This document shows, one piece after another, positions 24,809 to 37,500 of a stretch of DNA of 64,000 nt. Every line of letters begins with the position of its first letter. The stretch's first letter is position 1. Made by a program: the position numbers and the translations under genes. Under the pieces are notes generated by a model. The model did not search any database. It had not been told where the DNA came from and saw nothing but the letters and a program-made list of their open reading frames with translations. The stretch is taken from positions 11,284,001 through 11,348,000 of the forward strand of contig NC_043011.1 in NCBI RefSeq assembly GCF_006345805.1. Reading direction: 5' to 3'. The stretch is from Octopus sinensis. Taxonomy: Eukaryota.

Positions 24809-25951
24809 GTAAATACTCATATTCTCTTTAATTATTTCTTGTAGCAATATTTGGTATCACCTGGTGTAAAGTTATCACTCCCTATTTCAAGGTATTTCCT
24901 GCTAATCTGAAATTAATTTCAACTTATCCCCAGGATAAACTGAACCCGATTTCAAATTACTTCTGCATTTTTCACATTAACCCCGCCCTGGATCTACTAA
25001 AAGAATAAATTCTAACGCTTACAACTCATGATACATTTATAACATTTAAACATGCGCAACATCAAGAAATTGTAAGCATATCTCAAAACGTGGGGAAACA
25101 GGATCAAATTTCAAAGACGTTTTAACAACTTTATGATGCTTTTTAAGCACACTTTAAATGCCAGAGATTCTGAGTCTGTTATTTTGTAAAATAATATTGG
25201 TATTTACATAGATTTTTTTTTAAACAGAAACTGATTTCAATCAGTGAATTCACAACAGTGGTACTTTTTTCCCGTAAATATATTTTGTTAATTTGAAGTG
25301 TGTAGAATATATATTTTTTTTGCATGTGGAGGCATTGGTTTGCTTATGATTTAAAACTATTATTTCGTTTTGAATTAAATAAAATAAACATAAAATGTAA
25401 TTATAAATATATTTGTGAATTTCGATGCACTTTAATGCAAAGAAATATTCTTATCGTAAAAAATATACATTAATACACGTGAAAGAAATGTGTTTATATA
25501 TAAAACGAAATATATTTATACACTTTAAATGCAAACAATGTGCATTTATATAAAAAAAATATTTCTGTTGCAATTAATTTCCCATTTAGTGTAATGACGT
25601 AGTTTTGTATGCTAATGAAATATGTAATTTTTTTTGTCATAAATCAATGAACAAAGAGTTATTAGACTTATTAAGTGGGTAGGATGAAATCAATTAGTGG
25701 GAGGGAAACTAAAGGGTTGGTGGTGCTGGTTGAGGTGGATGGTAATCCAAAATCGCTACACCTGGTTTATAGAAAATATAATAAATGCTACAGATATTTA
25801 AATAAATGAAATGCAGGTACATGTATAGTAGTATAAACGCTAAAAGTTTATTAATACTGTACTGTGCTGTTTATTAATACTGTACTAACTGTACAGGTAC
25901 TTGTATCAGTGAAATAGGATTCATTAAACATTTTTGTGTAATTGCTTGGTA

Positions 25952-26345
25952 GGATCTTTTCGGCAGTTTTTTCTAGCGGTGTCACCCATAATTATGGCCC
26001 TAGTATCGATCTATTGCATTTCAATCTATTTTAGATTTAGGGTTAGGGGTGGGGGGCAGGGTATCTTTTTTTTTCTTCACAAATGTAAATAAACCCAATC
26101 TATTTCTTAAACGAGGGACATATTCATACGGCACAGAATGTTTTCACCCCAATAGACGGTCATTGATTGGTTGAAATTGCCGAAATGCAAGAACAAGACC
26201 AAATATCTTACAAACTATAGAATTTTCTCAATAAAACCAAGAGAAAAAGATGTTTTATTAACACATTCTACCAGTATATGAAGTTTCAAATTTTTTAGTT
26301 ACCTAGAAACTATGTTAAAAACTGCCGTTCAAACCGAAAAGATCC
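25952..26345. mobile_element. GGATC-ended MITE (Merlin-like), 394 bp
   Basis: GGATCTTTTCGG...CCGAAAAGATCC with 8-bp TSD g(c/t)ttggta. Shares the subterminal ACACATTCTACCAGTAT motif with the 2-kb element. Confidence 0.8.
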
Positions 26346-26848
26346 GTTTGGTATCACCCAGTGTAAGAATTAAATATAAAATATATTTATTAATTACTGT
26401 ACTGACAAAGAATGCTACAGTACTCCTGCCCTCAAATCGGCAAATTATAGAATTCTACTGCAACAGCAAAACTAATAAGGTAGATTTGGAAGTTGAACAC
26501 TGTCAGGATTATTGTTTGTTTTGTTGTTGATTATTTCATCGTGGGTTTCTGATGATGTAGGAGGGATATCCACGATAGCTGCAGTTGAATTGGAGTACAC
26601 AATATTTTTAGCTATCTTTTTAAACATTTTATCCAAGCGAAGTTGCTTTATGTGAAATTTTTCATGGAGCATATGCAAATTCTTTAGTTCTCATTCCAAA
26701 GGAACTAGAGAATTAGAAAAGTGGATATCCCTTTTGATTACTTCATTCACTAACTCAACATCTGTTTCATTTTCATCACTTCTTATAATTTTATCAACCT
26801 TCAGAACATTATTTCCAAATATTTTCTATTATTTCCAAATTTGTAAGA

Positions 26849-27216
26849 TCTCTTTATATATAAACGGCAAAATGTCTGTGTGTGTGTGTGTTCTTTATAC
26901 AAATCCACAATTTTTCAGTTAGAGGGCTCGCACTTTCTATGGTCATTCAAAACCGTCCAAGGATGGTCGTGCACATCTTTACATTTCCCCAGTCACCCAG
27001 CAAAGCCATTAAAAAATCAATAGAAGTGACTTTTTTGTGAATTTTCTATCCAAAACCCAATCAAAATGCCCGAAACTTGATACGCCAATTGAATGCCAGC
27101 TAGCTGTATGTGGTTGGTCGGAGACTTGGACAGTACTCGTGTGTATGTGTGCACGCACGCAGCTGTATATGCATGCACTAGCACTATGACCCGGCGTTGC
27201 CGAGTCATAGTGCTAG
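26849..27216 (+). mobile_element. Non-autonomous Helitron-like element, family 2
   Basis: A|TC start; hairpin cactatgac-ccggcgttgccga-gtcatagtg immediately before CTAG|T. Confidence 0.75.
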
Positions 27217-27524
27217 TAATGTATAAAATGCATTTTCCCACTAATATTAATCCTGTCTACCAAATTTTCTTCAAGAAGATTATTTATTATATTCTTGGCA
27301 ACAGATCTTGTAACAATTTTTGCATGACCCATTATCAACATTTTGTCCAAATGTGTTAGCAAACATGAGATCAGGTCACAACAAGTCTTTAGTAGAGATA
27401 CTGTTCCTTTTTCCATCCCCCAGTAATGAACCAAAGAACCTCTTTCACATTATATTATTCAATAAGTGTTGGTACAGACTTTCTAGTACCGGACACATTG
27501 ATGAAAGTGTGTGTGTGTGTGTGT

Positions 27525-27567
<43 letters not shown>

Positions 27568-27752
27568 GTAGCAAGAAAGTAAAGATAGAGAAATTGTAAC
27601 AGAAAAGAAAGGAGGGGAAAATTGAGGAACTGGGTTAAAGCTGCTGGTAGAACATCTTAACCCTCGTTTTGAAGATTGTACATAGCAAATTATTGATTTA
27701 TAAAATAGTATATGTGTCTTAGTATATTTGTATTTGTATTTTTATTTTTCAG

Positions 27753-27950
27753 AAGCTCTTCAATGCTCCTGCAATTGTCAAGTTGTTAGTCGTTCGCAAT
27801 GGCATGCTCGAACACCAAAAGAAATAGACTATATAAGCACACCAGTTAATATGGTCTTTATACACCATACCAGTATGGACAGCTGTTTTAATCTCACTAG
27901 TTGCATTGAAGAAATGCAAAAGATCCAAGACTTTCACATGGACACACGAG
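27753..27950 (+). CDS. PGRP: PGRP exon 2
   Basis: tttttcag acceptor and G|gtgaaa donor. ALQCSCNCQVVSRSQWHAR...VFIHHT...CFNLTSC...IQDFHMDTR is a typical PGRP N-terminal half. Confidence 0.95.
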
Positions 27951-28248
27951 GTGAAATTTTTGCTTTAACTTCTTTTTAACTCTTCCATTGCATTTCTTTC
28001 AATGACTTCAAATTCAAACCTACATCCATCAGAATTACGATCAAAGCTCGTCAAGCAGATATTCTCTCAAGTTTTGACAATTATCATGAAAATGTGTAGC
28101 TATACTTCTGTGTGATAAAAAATTATATTGATTTCAAATTTTAGCACAAGGCCAGCAATTTAGGGAGGCAGGATAAGTTGATTACATCGACCTCAGTGCT
28201 GAACTGGTATTTATTTTATCGACTCCGAAAGGATGAAAGACAAACTCG

Positions 28249-28557
28249 CTCACAACATCATAAGCGGAAAGTGTAACCTCTCGAAAGAGCTGTTCTTCAC
28301 TCCTGCTCCAGAGCGTCGGCTGTGGGGTCACTCCGATTCCATCTCAATCGAAGGAGAGGGTCTTTCTCCGTCCGGGTTGCGGATCCGTGGAATAAGCTGC
28401 CGGACGAGATAGTGAAGATGCCGACGACCGCCCGGTTCAAAATCTCTCTTGACCAGAAATGGCCTGAACTCTTTGCATGAACACCCTCCCTGTACATAAC
28501 TCCATGTCCCCCTACATGGCCTTGCTTTTGCTTTTTGAGCCAAAAATTAACTTAACT
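28249..28557 (+). mobile_element. 5'-truncated CR1-like LINE inserted in an old SINE
   Basis: FSVRVADPWNKLPDEIV..FKISLD C-terminus; 3' stem-loop CCATGT-CCCCCT-ACATGG; 7-bp TSD AAACTCG. Confidence 0.75.
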
Positions 28558-28709
28558 AAACTCGACCTCAGTGAAATCTAAACTCAGAACGTAAATACAA
28601 ACGAAATGCTGCTCAGCATTTTGTCCTGCGTGCTAATGATTCTGCCAGCCCGCCGCCTTACTGATACAAATTATATTGCGAGATGTATTGTATTATTATA
28701 TTTCACTAT

Positions 28710-28941
28710 AGGCGGTGAGCTGGCACAAACGTTAGCACGCCGGGCGAAATGCGTAGCCGTATTTCGTCTGTCGTTACATTCTGAGTTCAAATTCCACCGA
28801 GGTCGACTTTGCCTTTCATCCTTTCGGGGTCGATAAATAAAGTACCAGTTACGCACTGGGGTCGGTGTAATCGACTTAATCCGTTTGTCTGTCCTTGTTT
28901 GTCCCCTCTATGTTTAGCCCCTTGTGGGCAGTAAAGAAATA
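28710..28941 (+). mobile_element. SINE family C, monomer
   Basis: 13-bp TSD tatatttcactat. Confidence 0.85.
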
Positions 28942-29704
28942 TATATTTCACTATGCAATATAAAAGACAGTATAGAAATTATGAGATCTTTCAGCTGTAG
29001 TCCTGGTCTGTTTTTAAGTTGGCTAGTTGTGATGGTTTTGCACCTTTGCATTTTGTACGTTTCCATTTATATATACCCGTAAATTTGTATTTTCTCATTT
29101 CTGCGAATCTGTATTTCAGAATTTTGCAAACTCCGTAACTTGTAATGTAAGTTCGTAATATGGTAATTTTTCATATGGTAATTTTGTAAGTTTAGATTAG
29201 TGCAACAGTGTACACTATTCAAATTTTGGTTAGTCAAATGTTTGGTTAGTCAAGAGGGAATTTTCGCCTGAATTACAGCTTTTATATTTTTAATTAAAAT
29301 TTTCTTTTTTAGTTTTTCTCGTCTTCTTTTTTTAACACCCAAATACATGCATAGTATGCACTTGACCATGTGTGTACATACAGGTCTGTGTGTGTGTGTA
29401 TCCATACATACACACATGTTTGTTTTTGGCTTGGCCTTACTCACTAGAACCAGAAATTCCAGTTTTCGCTGAGAGCACCATTTTCTTTTCCCCCCTTCAC
29501 ATCCATAACTAATCTAGAACCCATCTTCCTCAAATAACACACGGTACACACACTCGTACACATACGCACTTAACAAGAAACCTATGCAAACACTCTAATG
29601 CTTCCTTTGAATCACCCATACACATGTGCTACACTCTCACACACTTTCGCATACATGTTTCACAGCATAACATAATGATAATGTTGCATACATACACGCA
29701 CACA

Positions 29705-30091
29705 TCTTTATATATAAAAGTGAGGTTGTGTGCTGTCTGTCTCCTACGATTTAGATTCCCAACTACTCCCACATTTTGGGGTGCAGTTTAACCAAAACCG
29801 GGTATCTTATAGTCGTGATTCATATCGAGCCCTTCTGGGTATTAGCGCGCGTTTACGATGAGTCTACAATTTAAAAAAAAATTTACCATTAATTTTTCCT
29901 ATTTTTGGCATATATAAGGGAAGTAACTCTCTAAAAATTTATTATTAAATCTCAGAACGTAAAAAGCTACAATAACACCCCTCCCTTTGGTGGTTAGCCA
30001 TATTGAGATGGCTATTATACTTTACATCTCTAAAAATGCTTATATAGTTATTTCCCTTACAAACCCGAGCATCGCCAGGCGATACTGCTAC
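29705..30091 (+). mobile_element. Non-autonomous Helitron-like element, family 1
   Basis: Same as 5416-5800, but the 3' end reads CTAC. Confidence 0.8.
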
Positions 30092-30992
30092 ACAACGAAG
30101 CAACGTTTGTATCATATACACAAACACATATACAAAATACAATGGACATACACATGTCTAAGATTCCCTGAGCACTTGTAAATAAAACTGGCATGCACAA
30201 ACACGTACACACAGTCGTGCACGCACTAACACATGATACGCAGAAGAACATACATACATGAAAAATTACTTTTCTGAATCCCTCAAACACACATACACAC
30301 ATACTAACATGTACACAGATATGCTCGCATTTGCTCTGAATACAATTTATCTCACTATTCAAATTTTGGTTAGTCAAATGTTTGGTTAGTCAAATTTTTG
30401 GTTAGTCAAGAGGGAATTTTCGCCTGAATGACACCTTTTATATTTTTAATTAAAATTTTCTTTTTTAGTTTTTCTCGTCTTCTTTTTTTTTAACTCTGTA
30501 GAGTTCCAAAGAAAGACTATGTCTGTAAAGTCATAGAAATTAAGGCATAATTAATTACCTCTAAAATCAACAAAGTAGATAATCAGTAGACAGCTTCTTC
30601 AGTGAAGTTTATATTGAGACTGGTTATCTTAAACATTCTCTCGATGTTCAAGAATTTTAGCGCGAAAATCTCTTTGAGTACAGAGAGCCAACAATAATGG
30701 CGATTGCTGATTAAATATTGATTTGAAAGTAAGTCAGCCAAACCTTCTACATTGTATCTCATTGTCCTTATTTGCTAATATAAGTACGTGTGAGGGAGAG
30801 AGAAGTTGTGTGTTTATGTGTGTGTGTGTGTGTGTTTGTGAAGGAGAGAGAGTAAGTGACAGCGTTCATCAAAAGTAAAAATATAAAATGTTTTTTTTTC
30901 TTAAACACGAGATATAGTCTTCAAATTTAGGATGTTTTTGAAAGACACTACAATTTATAATCAGATTATATATACTTTCTCACACAACAATT

Positions 30993-32986
30993 GGATCTTT
31001 TCCTTTTGAAAGCCAGATTTTCCTAGTTAACTAAACAATTTGAAACTTCGTATACTGGTAGAATGTGTCAAAAGAAAACATAATTGTAAACCAAAATGAA
31101 AACGGAATTGTAATTTCTAAGTTTAACGTTGTTTAAAAATTCGAATTTTAACCAATGATATTCTTTCTTTCGGCCTCATATTATTTACTGCTTCTGAAAA
31201 TATTGTTACTGTGACGCAAACAGCTATTTTGTGACGTAGTTAACATAGCTAAAATGTAAACATCACCGTCCCATATAACAAAGTCCTAAACAGACAGAAT
31301 AATAATAAAAATACGGCGGGCTTTCGAAATAGCTGTCGAGAATAAAATGAAATTTCGATAGTAAATTTTTGGAGGGGTTTCGGTAATTTTCGTCACTCTA
31401 AAATACATGTAATTCGCATTAAATCTTATTTTTCTGAAAAATCCACGTTTTAAAACATTTTAACTGCCCACCACTTCATCGTGCCTTTGGAGTAGGTGTC
31501 ACACTTGGGATGATCAAACCTAGAATACCTTTTATCATAGGTAATTGCTTGGAGTTCACCTTGAGAGCTAAAACTATATATTTAGTTTCGATATAAAAAA
31601 TAAAATTGCACAAAATTTTGGTACAAGACCAACAATTTGGGAGGAGGGGTTAATCAATTACATTGACTGGTACTTAATTGATCATGAGAGGTAAAGTCGA
31701 CGACGACGGTAACGTGAGGAGTCGGAAGAAATGCCACAAGGTATTTTGTCCGACGCACGAACGATTCTGCCAGCTTGCCCCATCCCCTTCCTTAATAATA
31801 TTTCTTTCCCCAGCAAGTACAAGGCCTGAAGCTGATGGGAAGAACTAGTCGATTGTATTCAACTGGTACTTATTCTATAAGCGCCGCCCGAAAGAAAGAA
31901 AGCTCAGCAATATTCGAACACGGAACGTAAAGATTCGTAAGAAATGACGCTAGGCATTTTATCCGATGCACTACCGATTCTGCCAGCTTTACATTATATT
32001 TTTCGTCGAAGTTTAACTATGTCACCTTGATATATTTTTACGCGTGGACAAATAATAGAGAGATAATGTGGATCAGATGATATTACATTCTGACAAGGGC
32101 TTGGTAAAGGACTGTTAAAATGTTTAGGGATACGGTCCTATACGTTCGGGTTTCAACCCTCACCGGAATTCAAAACAAGCCGTCTGTTCTTCCTCGGTCG
32201 AGAAAATACATCGATCAAGTATTGGAGATCGATATAAATGATTATACCCTCCACTCACCCCAAAATATATGCTTTGTGTCTATAATCAATATTACAAATA
32301 TATTGTTATTGCTATTTAACTCAGGTCATCCTGATAAACCCGGTTGAGGATCAAAGGGTTCCAACTATGACAAACCCGTATTTTTGCGCCCCCCCCCCTT
32401 TTTTTTCAGATATAGCATCTATGATTATATTAGCCAATGTACCCTTCCTTTAACCCAGTAGTATATGGTTTTAAGGGGATTTGGGTGTTATTCCTAGCAC
32501 ATCGACGAGCGAAAACGCAGAGGGGCCGTGATTATGTGCGAGTATGCGTATGGATGGGTACGTGTGTGTATGTGGGTGCATACAAGCCAAATAACCGGTT
32601 CAAGACGTGTGTCAAACTGAAGAATCAAAGCGTGTGCACAAGTTTATAGTAAATATATACATTGTATAGAGAAAACACCCGAAGCCTATACAAAAACACT
32701 GAATATGTGTTTATTATTCATCCAAAGTAAACAGTACGTGTGTGCTGTTTACGTCACAGTAACAATATGTTTAGACGGGGCAAATAATTTCAACTCAATA
32801 CAGAGAATACGATTGGTTAAAATTCGCAGATTTAAACTCCGTTTAAACTTATAAAATACATTTTTGTCAAAAAAACTAGTTGAAATTATTGTTTTCTTTT
32901 GACACATTCTACCAGTATACGAAGTTTCAAATTATTTAGTTAACTAGAAAAATCTGAAAAATCTGGCTTTCAAAAAGAAAAGATCC
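30993..32986 (+). mobile_element. Complete 2-kb non-autonomous TIR element (Merlin-like), no ORF
   Basis: Ends GGATCTTTTC(C/T)TTTTGAAAGCCAGATTTT, with imperfect inverted similarity over ~240 bp. Perfect 8-bp TSD CAACAATT (30985-30992 and 32987-32994). Confidence 0.85.
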
Positions 32987-33039
32987 CAACAATTAAAATA
33001 CATTTATTTCAAATCACTTATTTATCTATTTATCTATAA

Positions 33040-33870
33040 AAGGCAGGGAGTGTGTGTGTGTGTACGTGAATGTAATTTATGCACGTCCACAAATTAGCAC
33101 ACATGTCGCTCCAATTTTAGGACATTGGTCACGATCATGGCTGTGTTTTTGTCTACTTATTTTCCCCGAGGCACCCACGGATAGTGGTAAAAATCGATTT
33201 TCAACCATAACTTTTACCAATTTCTGAGTTAAGTCACCTGTCAAGCAATGGTGAGAAAGAAAAACAAAGGACAAATTTTTAGATTAACACCCGCACGATT
33301 TTCACTAAGAAAAAAAGAAAAAAAACTCAGTTTTTTTGCGTGGAATCAAGTACCCTGACCTCCTAATATGCTGCAAATCCCTTATTTTGATTCGGAGAAA
33401 AGTGCGGTAGGGCGAGGGGAGACCCCATCCCGGAATCATTGGAAATTTTTTTTCGTTCAATGAATTCCTGTGACCTCCAAATGTGCTACAAATCGTTTTT
33501 GGGGTTTGAAAAACGGGGTGGGGTGAGTTTGAAGCCTCGGAAATTTCACCCTCACCCATACGATTTTCACAACGGAAAAAAATAATAGTCTGATTTTTTT
33601 GCATGAAATCGAGTACCCTGACCTCTTAATATGCTGCAGATCCCTTATTTTCGTTCGGAAAAAAGGGGTGGGGTGAGGTCTCTCCCCCGCCCCAATCCCG
33701 GAATCATTGGGAATTTTTTTCCGTTGAATGAATTCCTATGACCTCCTAATATGCTACAAAGCCCTTTTTGGGTCCTAAAAACGGGGTGGAAGCCTCGGAA
33801 ATTTTACCCACTCTCAACGGAAATAAATTTTCCAGATTGTGAATTACATGGTTCATTATTAAATTTATTA
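33040..33870 (+). mobile_element. Probable non-autonomous Helitron-like element with an internal ~260-bp tandem duplication
   Basis: ATCTATAAAAGGCAG plus (GT)n start. 33345-33605 repeats at 33606-33830. No 3' CTAG end identified. Confidence 0.45.
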
Positions 33871-33916
33871 AATATATATAGTAAGGAATGTGAAATATTG
33901 TGTGTGTGTGTATATG

Positions 33917-34312
33917 GGGATGGATGGAAGCACTCCGTCGGTTACGACGACGAGGGTTCCGGTTGATCCGAATCAACGGAACAGCCTGCTCGTGAAATTA
34001 ACGTGTAAGTGGCTGAGCACTCCACAGACACGTGCACCCTTAACGTAGTTCTCGGGGGATATTCAGCGTGACACAGAGAGTGACAAGGCCGGCCCTTTGA
34101 AATACAGGTACAACAGAAACAGGAAGTAAGAGTGAGAGAAAGTTGTGGTGAGAGAGTACTGCAGGGATCACCACCATCCCCTGCCGGAGCCTTGTGGAGC
34201 TTTTAGGTGTTTTCGCTCAATAAACACTCACAACGCCCGGTCTGGGAATTGAAACCGTGATCCTATGACCGCGAGTCCGCTGCCCTAACCACTGGGCCAT
34301 TGCGCCTCCACG
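33917..34312 (-). mobile_element. SINE family B, full length
   Basis: Reverse complement of 36376-36759 and 60411-60793. Confidence 0.85.
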
Positions 34313-34314
34313 TC

Positions 34315-34396
<82 letters not shown>

Positions 34397-34549
34397 TACA
34401 CACACACGTGGAGGCGCAGTGGCCCAGTGGTTAGGGCAGCGGACTCGCGGTCATAGGATCACGGTTTCAATTCCCAGACCGGGCGTTGTGAGTGTTTATT
34501 GAGCGAAAACACCTAAAAGCTCCACAAGGCTCCGGCAGGGGATGGTGGT
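34170..34549. repeat. Fold-back palindrome centred on (TG)n(TA)n(CA)n
   Basis: 143-bp arms (34170-34312 and 34407-34549) with one mismatch. Confidence 0.9.
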
Positions 34550-34554
34550 ATATG

Positions 34555-35320
34555 TGATATATATATATATATATATATATATACGGCAGTTTGTCTGTCT
34601 GTGTGTCTGTGTGTCTGTCAGGTTGTACCCTCACCCTGACAACGGCTTTCAACCGATTCTGATGAAACTTGACACACACGTAGCCCAATGTCATAATTCA
34701 AAACTAACGCAGCAAAAATTTTGAAAAGTTCCCCCAGTTCTGAAAAAAATCGATAAATTCGACATGGGTCGAGAATCTAAGCTTTTTATATGCAAACATT
34801 TTCTACAGACTATCTAGGGGACGCAACTCGACCTTTTTAACTCTCAGAACACGTGGGGTAAGTATCCCAAAATGTATAAAAATGTACAAAAACGGCAAAA
34901 AAGCGGGCAGCAATGTGAGTGACAACAACGAAAAAGTCAAAAGTGACCAAACTGAACAAACGAATGGAAAAGGTTTTTTGATGCACACGACAAAAGCGGT
35001 TTATAATAAACCAAGAGTTTGCAAGTAGCGTCCGAGGACCCTTAGGGTACGTCAAAAATTTAAGGTAAAACTTGCGGCTGCAGCAGCTATTAGCAGCTAT
35101 TAGCAGAAGTTGGGGGTAAAGTCTCGAATGTAATTTCTTCCTGGTAGGAATTGGTTGGGTTGAATTATCGATAGCTGTTTGATAGTTATTTGGGAGTGAA
35201 GAGAAGACATTGCAACCTACACATGCTCCTTCGTTCCCTAGAGGGAAAGGACTAGATTGGGATTAGTCGTTGCCTACTAGGGGCTCTTACATACCCGGGC
35301 AACGCCGGGCTATACTGCTA

Positions 35321-35321
<1 letters not shown>
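34555..35321 (+). mobile_element. Non-autonomous Helitron-like element, family 3
   Basis: GTCT/GT microsatellite near the 5' end; 3' cccgggcaacgccggg hairpin plus CTAG|T. Confidence 0.7.
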
Positions 35322-35361
<40 letters not shown>

Positions 35362-35500
35362 TCAAAATGTGACCGCGTGTGTACCGTTGGCGATTTTTTT
35401 TTTCATAGTTCTGATTATATATATATAAAAGAATTTTTTGCGTAATGAGATAAAAAAACCCCAAGGCCGTATAGATATTAGAGCATTTATTGATAGAAGG

Positions 35501-35550
35501 TCTTACAGCTGTTTCTAGGATATTAATTAATAATATCCCTTCATTGGAGA
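35501..35550 (-). ncRNA. Degenerate hammerhead-like motif (core CCAATGA)
   Basis: TCT-CCAATGA-A-GGGATATTA..TAATATCCT-A-GAAAC-AGCT-GTA-AGA. Two core changes. Confidence 0.5.
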
Positions 35551-35699
35551 TGGTGTGAGAGGAAAAATTAAGTCATAGTTAGTTTCGATGTGATACAAAT
35601 AGAGAATGAGGTGGAGGAAAGAAAATAGATGTAGGATATGTATGGGTATTGAGTTCAATACCCATACATATCTTACATCTATTTTCTTTTTTTGAACCC

Positions 35700-37500
35700 T
35701 TAAATATATTAATTTGTCTCTGTTGGAGAAGTGAGGAAGTGCCTCAAGACTGGATTGATGCCATTTCAATCTCCTTGTATCACTCGGGGCCAAAGGATCT
35801 GTGTGGTAATTTTCGTGGGATTTCGTTTTTGTCTATGTTAGGAAAGGTACATGCTCGCATTTTGTTAGAACGTTTAAATACCCTCATAGTTCCAACTATA
35901 GTGTCTGATGCTCAGCGTGGTTTTCGTTTCTCCAAGGGCAGAGCTGATTGTATCTTTATTATCAGACAATTGCCAAAAAAAATGCATTGAACAGAATCTT
36001 GCTCTATACCATTGCTTTGTTGATTTGAGCAAAGGGTTCGATACTATTAATCGAAATACTCTGTCGCTAATTCTAAGGAAAATAGGTTGCCCAGAAAAAT
36101 TGGCAAACATGATCAGGGTTTTGCGTGAAGCTATGAAAGCTAGAGTTAACTTTGGTGATAGGCTCTCTGAATCTTTTGCCGTGGAAAATGGAGTAATCAA
36201 GGAGACCCTGACGCACCCACCCTCTTTGCAATATACTTTGCTGTTGTCACATACTTTTCTGAGGAGGTTATTTACATAAAATATCGAACAACAGGGAATG
36301 TTTTTAATCTGACCAGACTGAAATTCAAAACGAGGGTTTTTCTTCACTCATTAGGGAACTTTTATACGCTGACGAGTGGAGGCGCAATGGTCCAGTGGTT
36401 AGGGCAGCGGCCTCGCGGTCGTAGGATCGCGGTTTCGATTCCCAGACCGGGCGTTGTGAGTGTTTATTGAGCGAAAACACTTAAAGCTCCACGAGGCTTC
36501 GGCAGGGGGTGGTGATCCCTGCTGTACTCTTTCACCACAACTTTCTCTCACTCTTACTTCCTGTTTCTGTTGTACCTGTATTTCAAATGGCCGGCCTTGT
36601 CACTCTCTGTGTCACGCTGAATATCCCCGAGAACTACGTTAAGGGTACACGTGTCTGTGGAGTGCTCAGCCACTTACACGTTAATTTCACGAGCAGGCTG
36701 TTCCGTTGATCGGATCAACCGGAACCCTCGTCGTCGTAACCGCCGGAGTGCTTCCATCCATACGCTGACGATTGCAATCTTGTCAGTCATTCAGAAACAG
36801 GTCTGCAATCTCTTGTATTTGCATTTGACTCAGCTTCTCATGATTTGGGTTTGACCATCAAATTGAAAAAAAAAAAACATTGGAAGCTCTGTACTAATTT
36901 AAAAAAAAAAGACTTTGGCAGCTCTGTACAAAATTATGGAAATCTTGATACAGAAATACATCTGCGAATTCAAAGGGCAACAAAAACATTTGGTGGGTTG
37001 GAGTAACGCGTTTGGTGCCAGCGACGCATAATTAAGAATACAAAGCTGGCTCTTTACAAATTATTTGTCTTACCATCCCTGTTGTATTCTTGTGAAACAT
37101 AGACTTGTTATGAAAGGTATTTTTTTATTGTTAGAACAATTCCACCAAAAATGCCTTCATCGCATTTTAAGCATTAAATGGAGTTCTTTTACTCCAAACA
37201 CAGATGATGTCCTTGCATCTGCGGGTATCATCTCAAAGCTATGATTTTGAGGAACCAAATTAGAAGGTGTGGCCAAATTGTCCGAACGGCGGATGAACGC
37301 ATGCCGAAACAGCTGTTTTATGGTGAGCTTGCAGAGAGGAAAGGCTATCGACGTAAACCTAAAAAAAAAAGGGTTTTAAGTACGGCATAAGGACTACTAT
37401 GATATCACTTGGAATGGATCCAGAAGACATAGAAACCCTTGCTTCGGATCGACCTGGATGGCGAACAAAAGTGTAGAGTTGAGTAAAAGTGTTTGAAGAG
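35700..37500 (+). mobile_element. Decayed RTE LINE (RT and C-terminus) interrupted by a SINE
   Basis: RGISFLS, QRGFR, FVDLSKGFD motifs; the YADD codons are the SINE target. Confidence 0.85.
36376..36759 (+). mobile_element. SINE family B inserted at the RT YADD motif
   Basis: 12-bp TSD ATACGCTGACGA at 36364-36375 and 36760-36771. Confidence 0.9.

Noticed and set aside
27507-27562. (TG)n(CA)n hairpin in PGRP intron 1
   Set aside because: Simple compound microsatellite with no unique arms; common in this genome type.
36376-36450. tRNA genes at SINE heads (also 14977, 34407, 60411 and family A/C heads)
   Set aside because: A/B boxes continue directly into SINE bodies with TSDs; no complete cloverleaf with terminator.
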